Shown in pieces: positions 1 to 8,769 of a stretch of 37,168 nucleotides of DNA. The notes beneath the pieces are model-generated. The model saw only the letters and a program-made list of their open reading frames with translations, searched no databases and was not told the DNA's origin. Position 1 is the first letter of the stretch. Each line of letters starts with the position of its first letter. This DNA is from a virus. Its lineage: Duplodnaviria > Caudoviricetes. The stretch lies in the IMG/VR virus record IMGVR_UViG_3300032253_000015, positions 1 through 37,168 of that record, one strand, 5' to 3'. The translations under genes and the position numbers were made by a program.

Positions 1-2
1 TG

Positions 3-1274
3 ACTGACCGAAAGCTGCGCGAATATGCGCAGGCTGAAGGGCTCAACCTGTCGAAGACGTTCATTGACGAGTTCGGGCAAGCTGTCCCACAACCTTCGAC
101 AACGGACGAACGTGCGCTGACTGCTGACTCGCTGATGCGACTCACCGGCAGGCACATCGACGACGTGTCGTTGGACATGGGTGTCCCGACCGACTATGTC
201 CGACGTGTCGTCGATGACTACAACGAGTTCAAGGAGGACGCGATCCTCTACGACTTCACCGATATGCTGTCGCGGTTCGTCAACGAGGCTACCTTGCCCG
301 AGTTCGACTTGCTGATTGTTGACGAGGCGCAGGACCTGTCCGCGTTGCAGTGGCGCATGGTCGAGAAACTCGTCGATCATTCGAAAGACGTCTACTACGC
401 GGGCGACGACGATCAGGCGATCTACGCGTGGGCAGGAGCCGACATTGAGCACTTCCTGCACCTTGACGCAGACCGCGAAGTCCTGCCCACGTCCTACCGA
501 TTGAAGTCGGGCGTGTTCGATGCGTGCCAAAAAGTGATCCGTTTCTGCGATGATCGGTATCCGAAAGATTGGCAGCCGCACGCGCAAGGCGGTGTCGTCG
601 AGCATACGAACGAACTCGACAAATTGGCCGACGACATGCGCGAAGGGTCCTGGTTCCTGCTTGCGAGGACGAACTCCTTGGTTCGATCAATGACTAAGTT
701 CGCACGCGACCGCGGCTTTGCATACTACTCACCGACGAAGGACGGAATGCAATCGTCCGTCGCTGTCGATCCTGTGCAGGCCGTCCTGATCTACGAGAAC
801 CTGCGTCAAGGCAAACGTTTCGAAGGCGACAAAATGCGTCTTTGCTGGGCACACATCGCGCCCAAGCTCCGCCCGGAGTCTGCGCCTGTGTTCGATCCCA
901 CCCACGACTATGGTATAGACGACCTCTGTGCCACTGGCTTCAAAGCAGACGCGAGCTGGCTCGAAACTCTTGTAATGCCTCGCCCGTTGCAGTCGTATAT
1001 CCGAACGCTGCGGGCCGAAAAGGAGAGCTTGGTCAAGCCTCCGCGCATAACGATCTCGACCATTCACGGCGTCAAAGGTGGCGAAGCGGATAACGTTGTT
1101 GTCTGGCAGAAGCTCACCAGCCTAACCCACAAGACCTGGATCGGACCCGTGGGAACACAATACGACCAGGAGGTGCGCGCTTTGTTCACCGCAATGTCCC
1201 GCGCGAGGGAGCGACTGATCTTCCTGGACGCAACAACAGCAAAACAGTATCACGTAGAAAGGATGCTCAGATGA
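3..1274 (+). CDS. UvrD/Rep-like superfamily 1 helicase (5' partial)
   Basis: Frame is open from position 3. Motifs LIVDEAQD, GDDDQAIY, SYRL, TIHGVKGGEAD, FTAMSRARERL. Walker A presumably lies upstream of the window. Confidence 0.9.
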   Translation, partial: TDRKLREYAQAEGLNLSKTFIDEFGQAVPQPSTTDERALTADSLMRLTGRHIDDVSLDMGVPTDYVRRVVDDYNEFKEDAILYDFTDMLSRFVNEATLPEFDLLIVDEAQDLSALQWRMVEKLVDHSKDVYYAGDDDQAIYAWAGADIEHFLHLDADREVLPTSYRLKSGVFDACQKVIRFCDDRYPKDWQPHAQGGVVEHTNELDKLADDMREGSWFLLARTNSLVRSMTKFARDRGFAYYSPTKDGMQSSVAVDPVQAVLIYENLRQGKRFEGDKMRLCWAHIAPKLRPESAPVFDPTHDYGIDDLCATGFKADASWLETLVMPRPLQSYIRTLRAEKESLVKPPRITISTIHGVKGGEADNVVVWQKLTSLTHKTWIGPVGTQYDQEVRALFTAMSRARERLIFLDATTAKQYHVERMLR

Positions 1275-1870
1275 CCTTACAAATCCTACTCGACTGCGAC
1301 GACGTTCTCCTGAACTGGATCGGAGGTTTCCGTCAATACGCTGCGACGCGATTGCAGCGCACAGTTACCGGTGACCCTGATTCTTGGCAGATGGGTGCGT
1401 GGCTCGGTACGACTGACGAGGTCGCGCTCGAGCTGGTTGAAGAATTCAACGCTTCGGTGCACTTCAGCCGCCTCGTTTCCGTTGACGGCTCGCAAGACGT
1501 CGTCTACCAGTGGATGCTCGATCCCGACGTCCGCCTTCATGTGATCACGTCCTGCTCGTCAGACCGTCAGACCGTGAAGCTTCGCCGCTCAAACATCGCG
1601 CGGGTTTTCGGGGAAGACACGTTCGACTCGATCCACTGCCTCGACCTGGGGCAATCGAAGCTCAAGATCCTGCAATCGTGGAAACGCGGTGCGGTGTGGG
1701 TGGAAGACAACTACAAGAATGCGTTGCTTGGCGCAGAAGCCGGTCACTCGGTGTTCATTCGCAAGCGTCCGCACAACGCGGAATTCCAGGATCTGCACGA
1801 CGACCGTCTGACCTGGTTCGAAACCTGGGAGCAACTTGAGGAGCTGATTGATGCCCTATCGTTCGACTAA
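1271..1870 (+). CDS. HAD-superfamily phosphatase, 5'(3')-deoxyribonucleotidase-like
   Basis: N-terminal LLDCDDVL (DxD motif I), VITS (motif II), WVEDNYKN (motif IV). Confidence 0.75.
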   Translation: MTLQILLDCDDVLLNWIGGFRQYAATRLQRTVTGDPDSWQMGAWLGTTDEVALELVEEFNASVHFSRLVSVDGSQDVVYQWMLDPDVRLHVITSCSSDRQTVKLRRSNIARVFGEDTFDSIHCLDLGQSKLKILQSWKRGAVWVEDNYKNALLGAEAGHSVFIRKRPHNAEFQDLHDDRLTWFETWEQLEELIDALSFD

Positions 1871-2291
1871 ATCCTACCCCGACCTGGGGCCCGTCGCCTA
1901 TCGTCAATGGCGGGCGGACAGCCACTGCAATTTGATCCACGGCTACTCGCTGTCTTTCAAATTCACCTTCGAGTCTGACGAACTCGACGTCCGCAACTGG
2001 GTCGTCGACTTCGGGAGCCTGCGCCCACTGAAAGAGCTCTTGGAATCGCAATTCGATCACACGTTGCTGGTGGCCGAGGACGATCCAGAGATTGAGTGGT
2101 ACCGCGAGGCACACAACCGCAAGATCGCGCGGGTCGTCGAGCTCCCTGCGTTGGGATGCGAGGCAATCGCTGACCTGGTGTTCGAGTTCACCGTCGAGTG
2201 GCTCAAGGAAGCTGGCTACGGTGACCGCGTTCGCGTCGTCGAGGTCGAAGTCATGGAGCACGCGAAGAATACCGCGATGCGGCTCGCCTAG
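1851..2291 (+). CDS. queD: 6-carboxytetrahydropterin synthase (QueD/PTPS family)
   Basis: RQWRADSHCNLIHGY, WVVDFGSL, QFDHTLLV, GCE and C-terminal VMEHAKN. ATG at 1851 follows GAGGAG. Sits among other que genes. Confidence 0.9.
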   Translation: MPYRSTKSYPDLGPVAYRQWRADSHCNLIHGYSLSFKFTFESDELDVRNWVVDFGSLRPLKELLESQFDHTLLVAEDDPEIEWYREAHNRKIARVVELPALGCEAIADLVFEFTVEWLKEAGYGDRVRVVEVEVMEHAKNTAMRLA

Positions 2292-2298
2292 ACTTTTT

Positions 2299-2330
2299 TC
2301 GGGTGCAGGTAAAATAATACTTGCACCCGA
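2299..2330 (+). terminator. Inverted repeat after queD, overlapping the next -35 box
   Basis: TCGGGTGCAGGTA-aaataa-TACTTGCACCCGA, a 13 bp stem with one G.U pair. The T-run lies on the 5' side rather than the 3' side. Confidence 0.5.
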
Positions 2331-2357
2331 TGCAAATGGGTGTATAAGCGATTTATA
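2321..2357 (+). promoter_or_regulatory. Sigma70-like promoter with TATAA-N5-TTATA dyad
   Basis: TTGCAC (2321)-N16-TATAAG (2343). TATAAgcgatTTATA at 2343-2357, then CAACGGAGA RBS at 2359. Confidence 0.7.
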
Positions 2358-2375
2358 GCAACGGAGACCACTGAC

Positions 2376-2531
2376 ATGACCGCAACATCCTACGACACCT
2401 ACGCCGCCTACTGCGCCGCACGCCGCGCGAAAGGCCTCCAGGTTCTTCCTTCGACGCTCTGGCGCGCCCTGAAGGAGAACAACCTCGCACTCGTCGAGCG
2501 CGCGCCGCTCAACGTTCCTGCAACCACCTGA
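2376..2531 (+). CDS. Small hypothetical protein (51 aa)
   Basis: ATG 2376 after CAACGGAGA RBS and promoter. Codon usage typical of this genome. Confidence 0.7.
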   Translation: MTATSYDTYAAYCAARRAKGLQVLPSTLWRALKENNLALVERAPLNVPATT

Positions 2532-2553
2532 AACACATCAACGGAGACTACCA

Positions 2554-3258
2554 ATGACTCAATTCATCGCACATGCCGACACGCCCCGCACTTTCGCTGA
2601 CAAGAAAGGCGCGACCAAAGCCATCAAGCGCGACCTCGCGAAGCACTTCGACGCTCACGGGGACACGCTCTTCGACACCGGTTTCGAAGCGAAGCAGACC
2701 CCGGACGGCCGTTTCGGCGTCGTGTTGTTCTGCGACCTGACTCCCGCGTCGGCTCAGAAACTCGTCGGCCCTGAGCTTGCCGGCTACGTGATCGAACCCG
2801 AACTGAAGGAGGAGCCTGTGAAGAAAGCCGCGCCCGAAACCCCTGCCGCGACGACGCCCGACGCGCCGAAGAAATCCCGCCGCAAAGGTCAGGTCACTGT
2901 CGCACCCACGCTGCCCCTCATTCAATGCCGCGAGGGGTCGAAGCAGCAGGCGATCATCGACGCACTTGCTGCCAACAACGTCTGGGACCAGCCGTTCAAC
3001 CGCGACGACGCAGACGCGTCGCATCACGGCAACGCGTCTCTCGTCGGCGGCGCGACGCTCGAGGACCTGCGCAAGGTGTGCCTGAAGAAGGACGGCGTGA
3101 CGCCTTGGGACGACAACTCGATCCGCTCGGCGCTGTACTACGACCTGAAAGACAAAGGCTATGGCACGACGACCCGCTTCGTCGATGATGTGCCGCACTA
3201 CTCGCTCGTCCTTCCCGTGGGCGTCGATGCACCTTTGGCACCGAAAGGCAAATCCTGA
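2554..3258 (+). CDS. Hypothetical protein with C-terminal DUF3489-like putative DNA-binding domain
   Basis: REGSKQQAIIDAL...GATLEDL...W...SIRSAL...LKDKGY resembles the DUF3489 pattern. Pro/Ala/Lys linker upstream. Strong RBS at 2539. Confidence 0.55.
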   Translation: MTQFIAHADTPRTFADKKGATKAIKRDLAKHFDAHGDTLFDTGFEAKQTPDGRFGVVLFCDLTPASAQKLVGPELAGYVIEPELKEEPVKKAAPETPAATTPDAPKKSRRKGQVTVAPTLPLIQCREGSKQQAIIDALAANNVWDQPFNRDDADASHHGNASLVGGATLEDLRKVCLKKDGVTPWDDNSIRSALYYDLKDKGYGTTTRFVDDVPHYSLVLPVGVDAPLAPKGKS

Positions 3259-3266
3259 TAACGTGC

Positions 3267-3296
3267 TTGCACCCTTCAGGGCGCACCGCGTAAAGT
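3267..3296 (+). promoter_or_regulatory. Putative sigma70-like promoter for queC-folE-queF
   Basis: TTGCAC (3267)-N18-TAAAGT (3291) in the intergenic gap. Confidence 0.45.
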
Positions 3297-3304
3297 GATC
3301 AAGC

Positions 3305-3331
3305 TGGCCGATCCTTCGGGGTCGGTCATTT
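3305..3331 (+). terminator. cUUCGg hairpin (terminator or 5' stabilising stem)
   Basis: TGGCCGATCC-TTCG-GGGTCGGTCA followed by TTT. Confidence 0.55.
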
Positions 3332-3341
3332 GCGTGAAACG

Positions 3342-3357
3342 CGACGTTTAAACGTCG
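3342..3357. repeat. Dispersed palindrome CGTTTAAACG copy 1 (extended to 16 bp CGACGTTTAAACGTCG)
   Basis: Read directly. Intergenic, upstream of queC. Confidence 0.95.
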
Positions 3358-3395
3358 AACCTGTGATGGATAAACCAGGAAAGGAAAACCATCTT

Positions 3396-4235
3396 ATGAC
3401 CTCCAAAGCACTCGTCGTCCTGTCGGGCGGCCAAGACTCCACCCTCTGCCTGCATTGGGCACTTCAGCAAGGTTTCGATACCGTCGAGGCTGTCGCGTTC
3501 GACTACGGTCAGAAGCACAGCGTCGAACTCGAGATGGCCAAGATCCAGACCGACCGTGCAGGCGTCAAGCTCGAGATCGTCGAACTCGGCCCCATCCTCA
3601 AAGGCACGTCGCCGCTCGTCGATCCCAAGGCAAAGCTCGAGCAGTACGAGGATGGTGACCTTCCCGGTGGACTGGAAAAGACCTTCGTGCCCATGCGCAA
3701 CCAGCTGTTCCTGACCATCGCAGCGAACCGCGCCTACGTGATCGGCGCGACGAACCTGGTCACCGGCGTCTGTCAGGCCGACTCGGGTGGCTATCCCGAC
3801 TGCCGTCAGAACTTCATTGACGCCCTCGCGCAGTCGATCAACCTGGGCACGTTCACCGGCGAACCGGGAACCGTCAAACCGCTGACGATCCACACCCCGC
3901 TGATGAACCTCACCAAGTCGCAAAGTATCGGCATGGCTATGCGCATCAAAGGCGCCTACGCGTCCTGGTCGTACTCCCACACCGCCTACGACGGCGCCTA
4001 TCCGCCCATCGGGTTCGATCACGCGACCGTCCTGCGTGCGCAGGGGTTCGAAGAAGCCGGCGTCCCTGATCCGCTGATCCTTCGCGCGGCCTGCGAGGGC
4101 CTCATGGAGCTCCCCGCGACTTCCAACTACGACGTCGCTCGCGACGTCACCGAGAAGGGTCCGAAAGGCAAAGCCAAGACCTGGACCGCTGACGAGTTCG
4201 TGGCACTCGTCGCGAAGGAAGTCGGTGCAGCATGA
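3396..4235 (+). CDS. queC: 7-cyano-7-deazaguanine synthase
   Basis: VVLSGGQDST, FDYGQKH, TFVPMRN, GYPDCR, TPLM. Start 3396 after AGGAAAGGA. Canonical Zn-binding cysteines are absent. Confidence 0.92.
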   Translation: MTSKALVVLSGGQDSTLCLHWALQQGFDTVEAVAFDYGQKHSVELEMAKIQTDRAGVKLEIVELGPILKGTSPLVDPKAKLEQYEDGDLPGGLEKTFVPMRNQLFLTIAANRAYVIGATNLVTGVCQADSGGYPDCRQNFIDALAQSINLGTFTGEPGTVKPLTIHTPLMNLTKSQSIGMAMRIKGAYASWSYSHTAYDGAYPPIGFDHATVLRAQGFEEAGVPDPLILRAACEGLMELPATSNYDVARDVTEKGPKGKAKTWTADEFVALVAKEVGAA

Positions 4236-4801
4236 ACCTCGACAAGAAAGAGGAACTGGTCCAGGGCATCCTTGATGCTCTGGGCGAGGAACGTCGTGAG
4301 GGCCTGTCCGAAACCCCCAAGCGCGTCGTCAAGGCGTGGCGAACGTGGTTCGGTGGCTACACGCAGGACGCTGCGGACATCATGAAAACCTTCGAAGACG
4401 GGGCCGAAGGCTGCGACGAGATGGTGATTGAGGTGGACATCCCGTTCTATACACACTGCGAACACCACATGGCGCCTTTCTTTGGCCTCGCGTCGGTCGC
4501 CTATATCCCAGACGGGAAGGTTCTCGGTTTGTCGAAAATGAACCGAGTCGTTGACCTGTTCGCGCGTCGCCTGCAAGTGCAGGAGCGTTTGACCAATCAG
4601 ATCGCCGACGCAATGCAGACACACCTCCAGCCGAAAGGCGTAGGCGTCTTGCTTCGCGCCCGTCACATGTGCGTCGAGTCGCGCGGCGTTCAGCATCGCG
4701 GCTGCTCAACAACCACGAGCGCACTTCGCGGTGCGATCAAAGAAGAACCTGACGCGCGGATGGAATTCCTGACGCTCGCCAAAACCAACACGCCAATCTA
4801 A
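4232..4801 (+). CDS. folE: GTP cyclohydrolase I
   Basis: ETPKRV, HCEHHMAPFFG, GLSKMNRVVDLFARRLQVQERLT, HMCVESRGV. Confidence 0.95.
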   Translation: MNLDKKEELVQGILDALGEERREGLSETPKRVVKAWRTWFGGYTQDAADIMKTFEDGAEGCDEMVIEVDIPFYTHCEHHMAPFFGLASVAYIPDGKVLGLSKMNRVVDLFARRLQVQERLTNQIADAMQTHLQPKGVGVLLRARHMCVESRGVQHRGCSTTTSALRGAIKEEPDARMEFLTLAKTNTPI

Positions 4802-4811
4802 GGAGACCCTG

Positions 4812-5306
4812 ATGGCATTCAAACCCCTTTCAAATCCCGACGATCTCGAGGCTTTGGGCTCGGGCAACTCGGGTTTCGATCCCAACCACGCGGAGCCCGC
4901 GGACGCGCGTTTCCTTGAAGTGTTCCCGAACCCGATGAAGCAGGTTGCCGGTTCGGCAATGATCCAGTTCGGCGGCTACGAGGACCCGAAGGAGTTCACG
5001 TCGCTCTGCCCGAAGACCGGACAGCCCGACTTTGCTCGCATCGTGCTCGAGTACGTCCCGGACGGGAAGTGCATCGAGTCGAAGTCGTGGAAGCTGTATC
5101 TCGGGTCCTTCCGCAATGCGCAGGAGTTCCATGAGGCCTGTGTCGCTCGCATCCTTCGCGATGTGGTTGCAGCCTGCGATCCGCACTGGGCCCGTGTGAT
5201 GGGGCAGTTCACGCCTCGCGGCGGCATCTCGATCAACCCGGAAATGGTCTATGACCGGGAGATCGAACGTGCGAAGGCCGAGGCGGCGATGCCCGAGCCA
5301 ACTTAA
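4812..5306 (+). CDS. queF: NADPH-dependent preQ0 reductase (unimodular QueF)
   Basis: EFTSLCPKTGQPDFA (catalytic Cys/Asp), QueF signature IESKSWKLY, FHE, FTPRGGI. Confidence 0.9.
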   Translation: MAFKPLSNPDDLEALGSGNSGFDPNHAEPADARFLEVFPNPMKQVAGSAMIQFGGYEDPKEFTSLCPKTGQPDFARIVLEYVPDGKCIESKSWKLYLGSFRNAQEFHEACVARILRDVVAACDPHWARVMGQFTPRGGISINPEMVYDREIERAKAEAAMPEPT

Positions 5307-5330
5307 TCAGGTGAGCGCCTGCTTTCACGA

Positions 5331-5359
5331 TTGAAGGCGGGCGCCCATCGCGCTACAGT
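5331..5359 (+). promoter_or_regulatory. Putative sigma70-like promoter; -35 lies inside a hairpin
   Basis: TTGAAG (5331)-N17-TACAGT (5354). Stem GCGCCTGCTTTCA/TGAAGGCGGGCGC at about 5314-5344. CAACGGAGA RBS at 5373. Confidence 0.55.
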
Positions 5360-5386
5360 ACGACGACCGAAACAACGGAGACCGAC

Positions 5387-5581
5387 ATGCCTTTGACATC
5401 CGCCCAAGACAATTTCCTCGCGCGTGCGAACCTTCCGGTCGCTTTGACCAACGATGCTGACGCGCAACGCGAGATCGCAGAAGCTGCCCTGAACTGGTAC
5501 AACGTCCAGCGCGGCGGCATCGACGTCAACAACAGCGCCCACCAGCGCCTCATTGCAGCATGTGAGAAAGCAGATGGCTGA
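5387..5581 (+). CDS. Small hypothetical protein (64 aa)
   Basis: Strong RBS, fills the gap and overlaps the next start. Confidence 0.7.
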   Translation: MPLTSAQDNFLARANLPVALTNDADAQREIAEAALNWYNVQRGGIDVNNSAHQRLIAACEKADG

Positions 5582-6254
5582 ACGCGACTCCTTGGACAAG
5601 ATCATCACGTCGTACTTCGCGACGTTCACCACCCAGGAGTTCACCTGGCGAGGCAAGACATATGGTCCTCGGGACCTTTGGGTTTCACCGGGCATCGTGC
5701 GCGGGTTCACCTGTCCCGCAGGATGCGGTGGCTGCTGCCCACGTTTCTCTCTCGACTACATCCCGAACCCCGACGAACCACACCCGCAGTCGTATTCGCT
5801 GACGCGTCGCCTCGTCGAGTTCGACGGTCGCGAGGTCGAGGTGTTTTCAGACATGCAGGACGACCACGACTCACCCAAGTGTCGGAACCTAAACCACGAG
5901 AACGGGCGCTGTGGCATCCACGGCTACCAGCCTTTCTCGTGCGACTTCGAGCTCTTGCGTTCGATCACGTTCGCCGCATCGGATAGAACCAACATCACGC
6001 AGAAGCTCTTCGGTCGTGGCTGGGCAATGATGCGAGTAGACGGTGAGCGTGGGGCGCTGTGCGAGATGACCCCTGCTGACGCGGAGACAATCGCAGACGT
6101 CCGTCGTCGGTTGACTCGACTCACCCGCTGGATGACTCACTTCGGCCTCGACACGTCTCGCGTCCGGATTGTGAGCGACGGCCTCGACGACATTGCGCTC
6201 AGCGGCAAAGGCTTCTGGGTGCGCGAACGCGAACAACAACTGGAGACCAACTGA
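5574..6254 (+). CDS. Cysteine-cluster (YkgJ/CxxCxxCC, FliB-like) metalloprotein; candidate preQ1-modifying enzyme
   Basis: CPAGCGGCC and CRNLNHENGRCGIHGYQPFSC match the YkgJ-type cysteine pattern. Coupled by TGATG to the transglycosylase gene. Confidence 0.65.
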   Translation: MAERDSLDKIITSYFATFTTQEFTWRGKTYGPRDLWVSPGIVRGFTCPAGCGGCCPRFSLDYIPNPDEPHPQSYSLTRRLVEFDGREVEVFSDMQDDHDSPKCRNLNHENGRCGIHGYQPFSCDFELLRSITFAASDRTNITQKLFGRGWAMMRVDGERGALCEMTPADAETIADVRRRLTRLTRWMTHFGLDTSRVRIVSDGLDDIALSGKGFWVREREQQLETN

Positions 6255-7558
6255 TGCACCTCTACATGTCCGGGACGCCTCGAAACGACCCATACCAGAC
6301 GGTCGAGAACCGTATGAACACCCACCGCCTGTTCTCGATGCACGGCGAGTATGAGAAGCAGGTCCTTCGTTGGGTCTCTGATCTGCGCGAAGGCATCCTC
6401 GACGCAGAGCAGTACCTCAGGGCCTACCCGCAGCACATTGACCTGATCAAAGGCCGCGACCAGCGTCGTCGTGAGCAGCAGCGCGACTACGGTCGTCAAT
6501 TCGATTGGGACACCGCCGAGGTGCTCGAGAACGTCTGCGAACGTTTAAACGGGCGACCTTACCCCAAGGCGATCCTGCTCGACTCGGGCGCGTTCACGGC
6601 CTGGAACAAAGGCGAGAAGACAACCGTTGACGACGTGAAGCGGAAGTACTCCCGGTTCATCGAATTGGCGGACGACCTGTTCGACGAGATCTGGGGCATC
6701 AACCTCGACGTGATCCCGGGCGAAAAGGGTCGCGATCCGACGTCGGACGAGCTCAAGCGAGCGACCGAGGTGTCGGACATCAACTTCGAGATCCTGGTCA
6801 AGGAGTTCGGGGACATCATCCTTCCCGTCTATCACCAGGGCGAAAGCGTCGAACGCCTCGCCGAGAACGTCGCGCAGGTCGATGGCAAATCGAACTACAT
6901 CTGTGTCTCGCCTCGAAACGACCTTGCCGAGGGGATGCGTGTCAACTGGTCGCGTGACGCTCACGCGGAGCTCAAGCGTCGGTGGCCGCACATCATGACC
7001 CACGGCCTCGCGACGACGGGCAATCGCATGGTGCGCACCGTCCCTTGGTACTCGGGTGACTCCGCCGCTTGGGTTCAGCACGGCGGCTATGGCATGATCG
7101 ACATTTTCCACGATGCGGATCACTCGTTCGGTCGCAAGCCAGACCCGCACTACATGAACTACTTCGTCTCGTTCGAGAACGTCGGTTACGACCTGTCCGC
7201 TGATGTGATCACGCCCAACGGGCGCGTTGCTGTCAGCGACCTGGGATTGAACGCGTCCAGTTCGATGCAAGAAATCGCTGACGCGTTCCTGGGGGCGGGC
7301 ATACCGCCTGACAAGTTCCCCTTCGCAGAAGACACCGGGCATCGTCACGACCTGGACAAAGCATACTTCTCGCTCGGTGAAGGGCACAAGGCCTACATCC
7401 GCGAACGTGTCGAGTCCTACGGCTTCCCGTTCGAGGTCGCCATGTGGGACTCGCGCGTCAGGAACCTGATCTGCATGGGCGAGTTCGTCGCGTTCGCAGA
7501 GTGGGCGAAGACATCGACGAAAGACGCGGGGCAGACGTACTTGCTGGGTGACCTCTGA
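6254..7558 (+). CDS. dpdA: TGT-fold guanine transglycosylase, DpdA-like
   Basis: LLDSGAFTAW, INLDVIPG, PVYHQGE, THGLAT, PWYSGDSAAW. Lies inside a preQ0/preQ1 biosynthesis cluster of a phage. Subfamily not assignable by eye. Confidence 0.78.
   Translation: MHLYMSGTPRNDPYQTVENRMNTHRLFSMHGEYEKQVLRWVSDLREGILDAEQYLRAYPQHIDLIKGRDQRRREQQRDYGRQFDWDTAEVLENVCERLNGRPYPKAILLDSGAFTAWNKGEKTTVDDVKRKYSRFIELADDLFDEIWGINLDVIPGEKGRDPTSDELKRATEVSDINFEILVKEFGDIILPVYHQGESVERLAENVAQVDGKSNYICVSPRNDLAEGMRVNWSRDAHAELKRRWPHIMTHGLATTGNRMVRTVPWYSGDSAAWVQHGGYGMIDIFHDADHSFGRKPDPHYMNYFVSFENVGYDLSADVITPNGRVAVSDLGLNASSSMQEIADAFLGAGIPPDKFPFAEDTGHRHDLDKAYFSLGEGHKAYIRERVESYGFPFEVAMWDSRVRNLICMGEFVAFAEWAKTSTKDAGQTYLLGDL
6542..6551. 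repeat. Dispersed palindrome CGTTTAAACG copy 2
   Basis: Inside dpdA, read as R-L(TTA)-N. Confidence 0.95.
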
Positions 7559-8769
7559 TGAAGTGGTCGCCCGATCAGGAACGCGCGCTGGCCGCTATCA
7601 GCGCCTGGCTGAAGAACCCGGAGAAACCATGGTTCAGTCTCGGCGGGTATGCGGGCACGGGCAAGACGACCCTCGCGAAGCACATCGCAGAGGGCTTTGG
7701 CGGTGAGGTCAAGTTCGGCGCCTTCACGGGCAAGGCCGCGTCGGTCCTTCGCAAGAAGGGCTGCCCCAATGCGACGACGATCCACAAACTGATCTACCAG
7801 CCCAAAGGCTCGGTCGGTGAGACAGAGATTGAGGCGCTGCAAAACCTGATCCAGGACGAGGCGCTCAAAACTGATCCCGACGAGATGAAACTGTTCACAT
7901 GGCGACGCGAACTCGAGCAGAAGAAAGCCGATTCCAACGCCGTATTCGAACGCAAGCAGGAATGCGAAATCCAGGAGGCGGACCTTGTTATCATCGACGA
8001 AAGCTCCATGGTCGACATGCGCATGGGTAAGGACCTTGAGTCCTACGGAGTCCTTGTACTGTATCTTGGAGACCCAGGTCAGCTGCCGCCAGTCAAAGGC
8101 AAGCCGCGACTCGGTCCGAATGATTTTGACTTTGTCCTTGAGGAAATCCACCGTCAAGCTGCTGACTCACCGATCATCTGGCTAGCAAACGAGGTGCGCA
8201 ATGGCAACTCGATCCAGCTCGGTGAATACGGCGACGGGTTGGTCAAGCTGCTGCGCAAGTCGGAATGGAATTGGGAAACGATAACGGGCGCAGATCAAGT
8301 CATCACTGGTATGAACAACTCGCGGTTCCGCATCACGCGCGGCATGCGCAAGTTCATCGGGTTCGATGGCGTCTATCCGCTCGCAAACGACAAACTGATC
8401 TGCCGTCGAAACGACCACGACATTGGCGTGCTCAACGGCGTGACATGCAAAGCCCTCGACGTCGGCAAGAAGAAGGGTAACATCATGTACTTGCCAATCG
8501 AATACGATGGGCGAGACATCGGCGTCAAAATTGTTGATCCCGGGTTCTTCCAGGAGAACTATGGCGACCGCACGCATTACCCGAAAGGCGATGGTATTCA
8601 GCAGTTCGACTATGGGTACTGCATCACGGGACACAAGTCGCAAGGGTCCCAATGGAATCATGTCATCGTCGCAGACGACAAGATGCGCATCAATGACCGC
8701 GCCCAGCGCCAGAAATGGCTTTACACAGCTTTCACACGCGCCGAGGAGCGGCTGACGTATTATGTCTAG
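7558..8769 (+). CDS. Dda/RecD-like superfamily 1B helicase
   Basis: GYAGTGKTT, AFTGKAA, IIDESSMV, GDPGQLPPV, TGHKSQGSQW, YTAFTRA. Confidence 0.92.
   Translation: MKWSPDQERALAAISAWLKNPEKPWFSLGGYAGTGKTTLAKHIAEGFGGEVKFGAFTGKAASVLRKKGCPNATTIHKLIYQPKGSVGETEIEALQNLIQDEALKTDPDEMKLFTWRRELEQKKADSNAVFERKQECEIQEADLVIIDESSMVDMRMGKDLESYGVLVLYLGDPGQLPPVKGKPRLGPNDFDFVLEEIHRQAADSPIIWLANEVRNGNSIQLGEYGDGLVKLLRKSEWNWETITGADQVITGMNNSRFRITRGMRKFIGFDGVYPLANDKLICRRNDHDIGVLNGVTCKALDVGKKKGNIMYLPIEYDGRDIGVKIVDPGFFQENYGDRTHYPKGDGIQQFDYGYCITGHKSQGSQWNHVIVADDKMRINDRAQRQKWLYTAFTRAEERLTYYV

Noticed and set aside
3259-3395. preQ1 riboswitch upstream of queC
   Set aside because: No preQ1-I-like stem with an A-rich 3' tail is visible. 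The region is explained by a promoter, a UUCG hairpin and the palindrome.
4812-5306. QueF-like amidinotransferase (archaeosine, dG+ pathway)
   Set aside because: The NADPH-binding QueF motif ESKSWKLY is present, and no Gat-QueC or ArcS gene is visible in the window.
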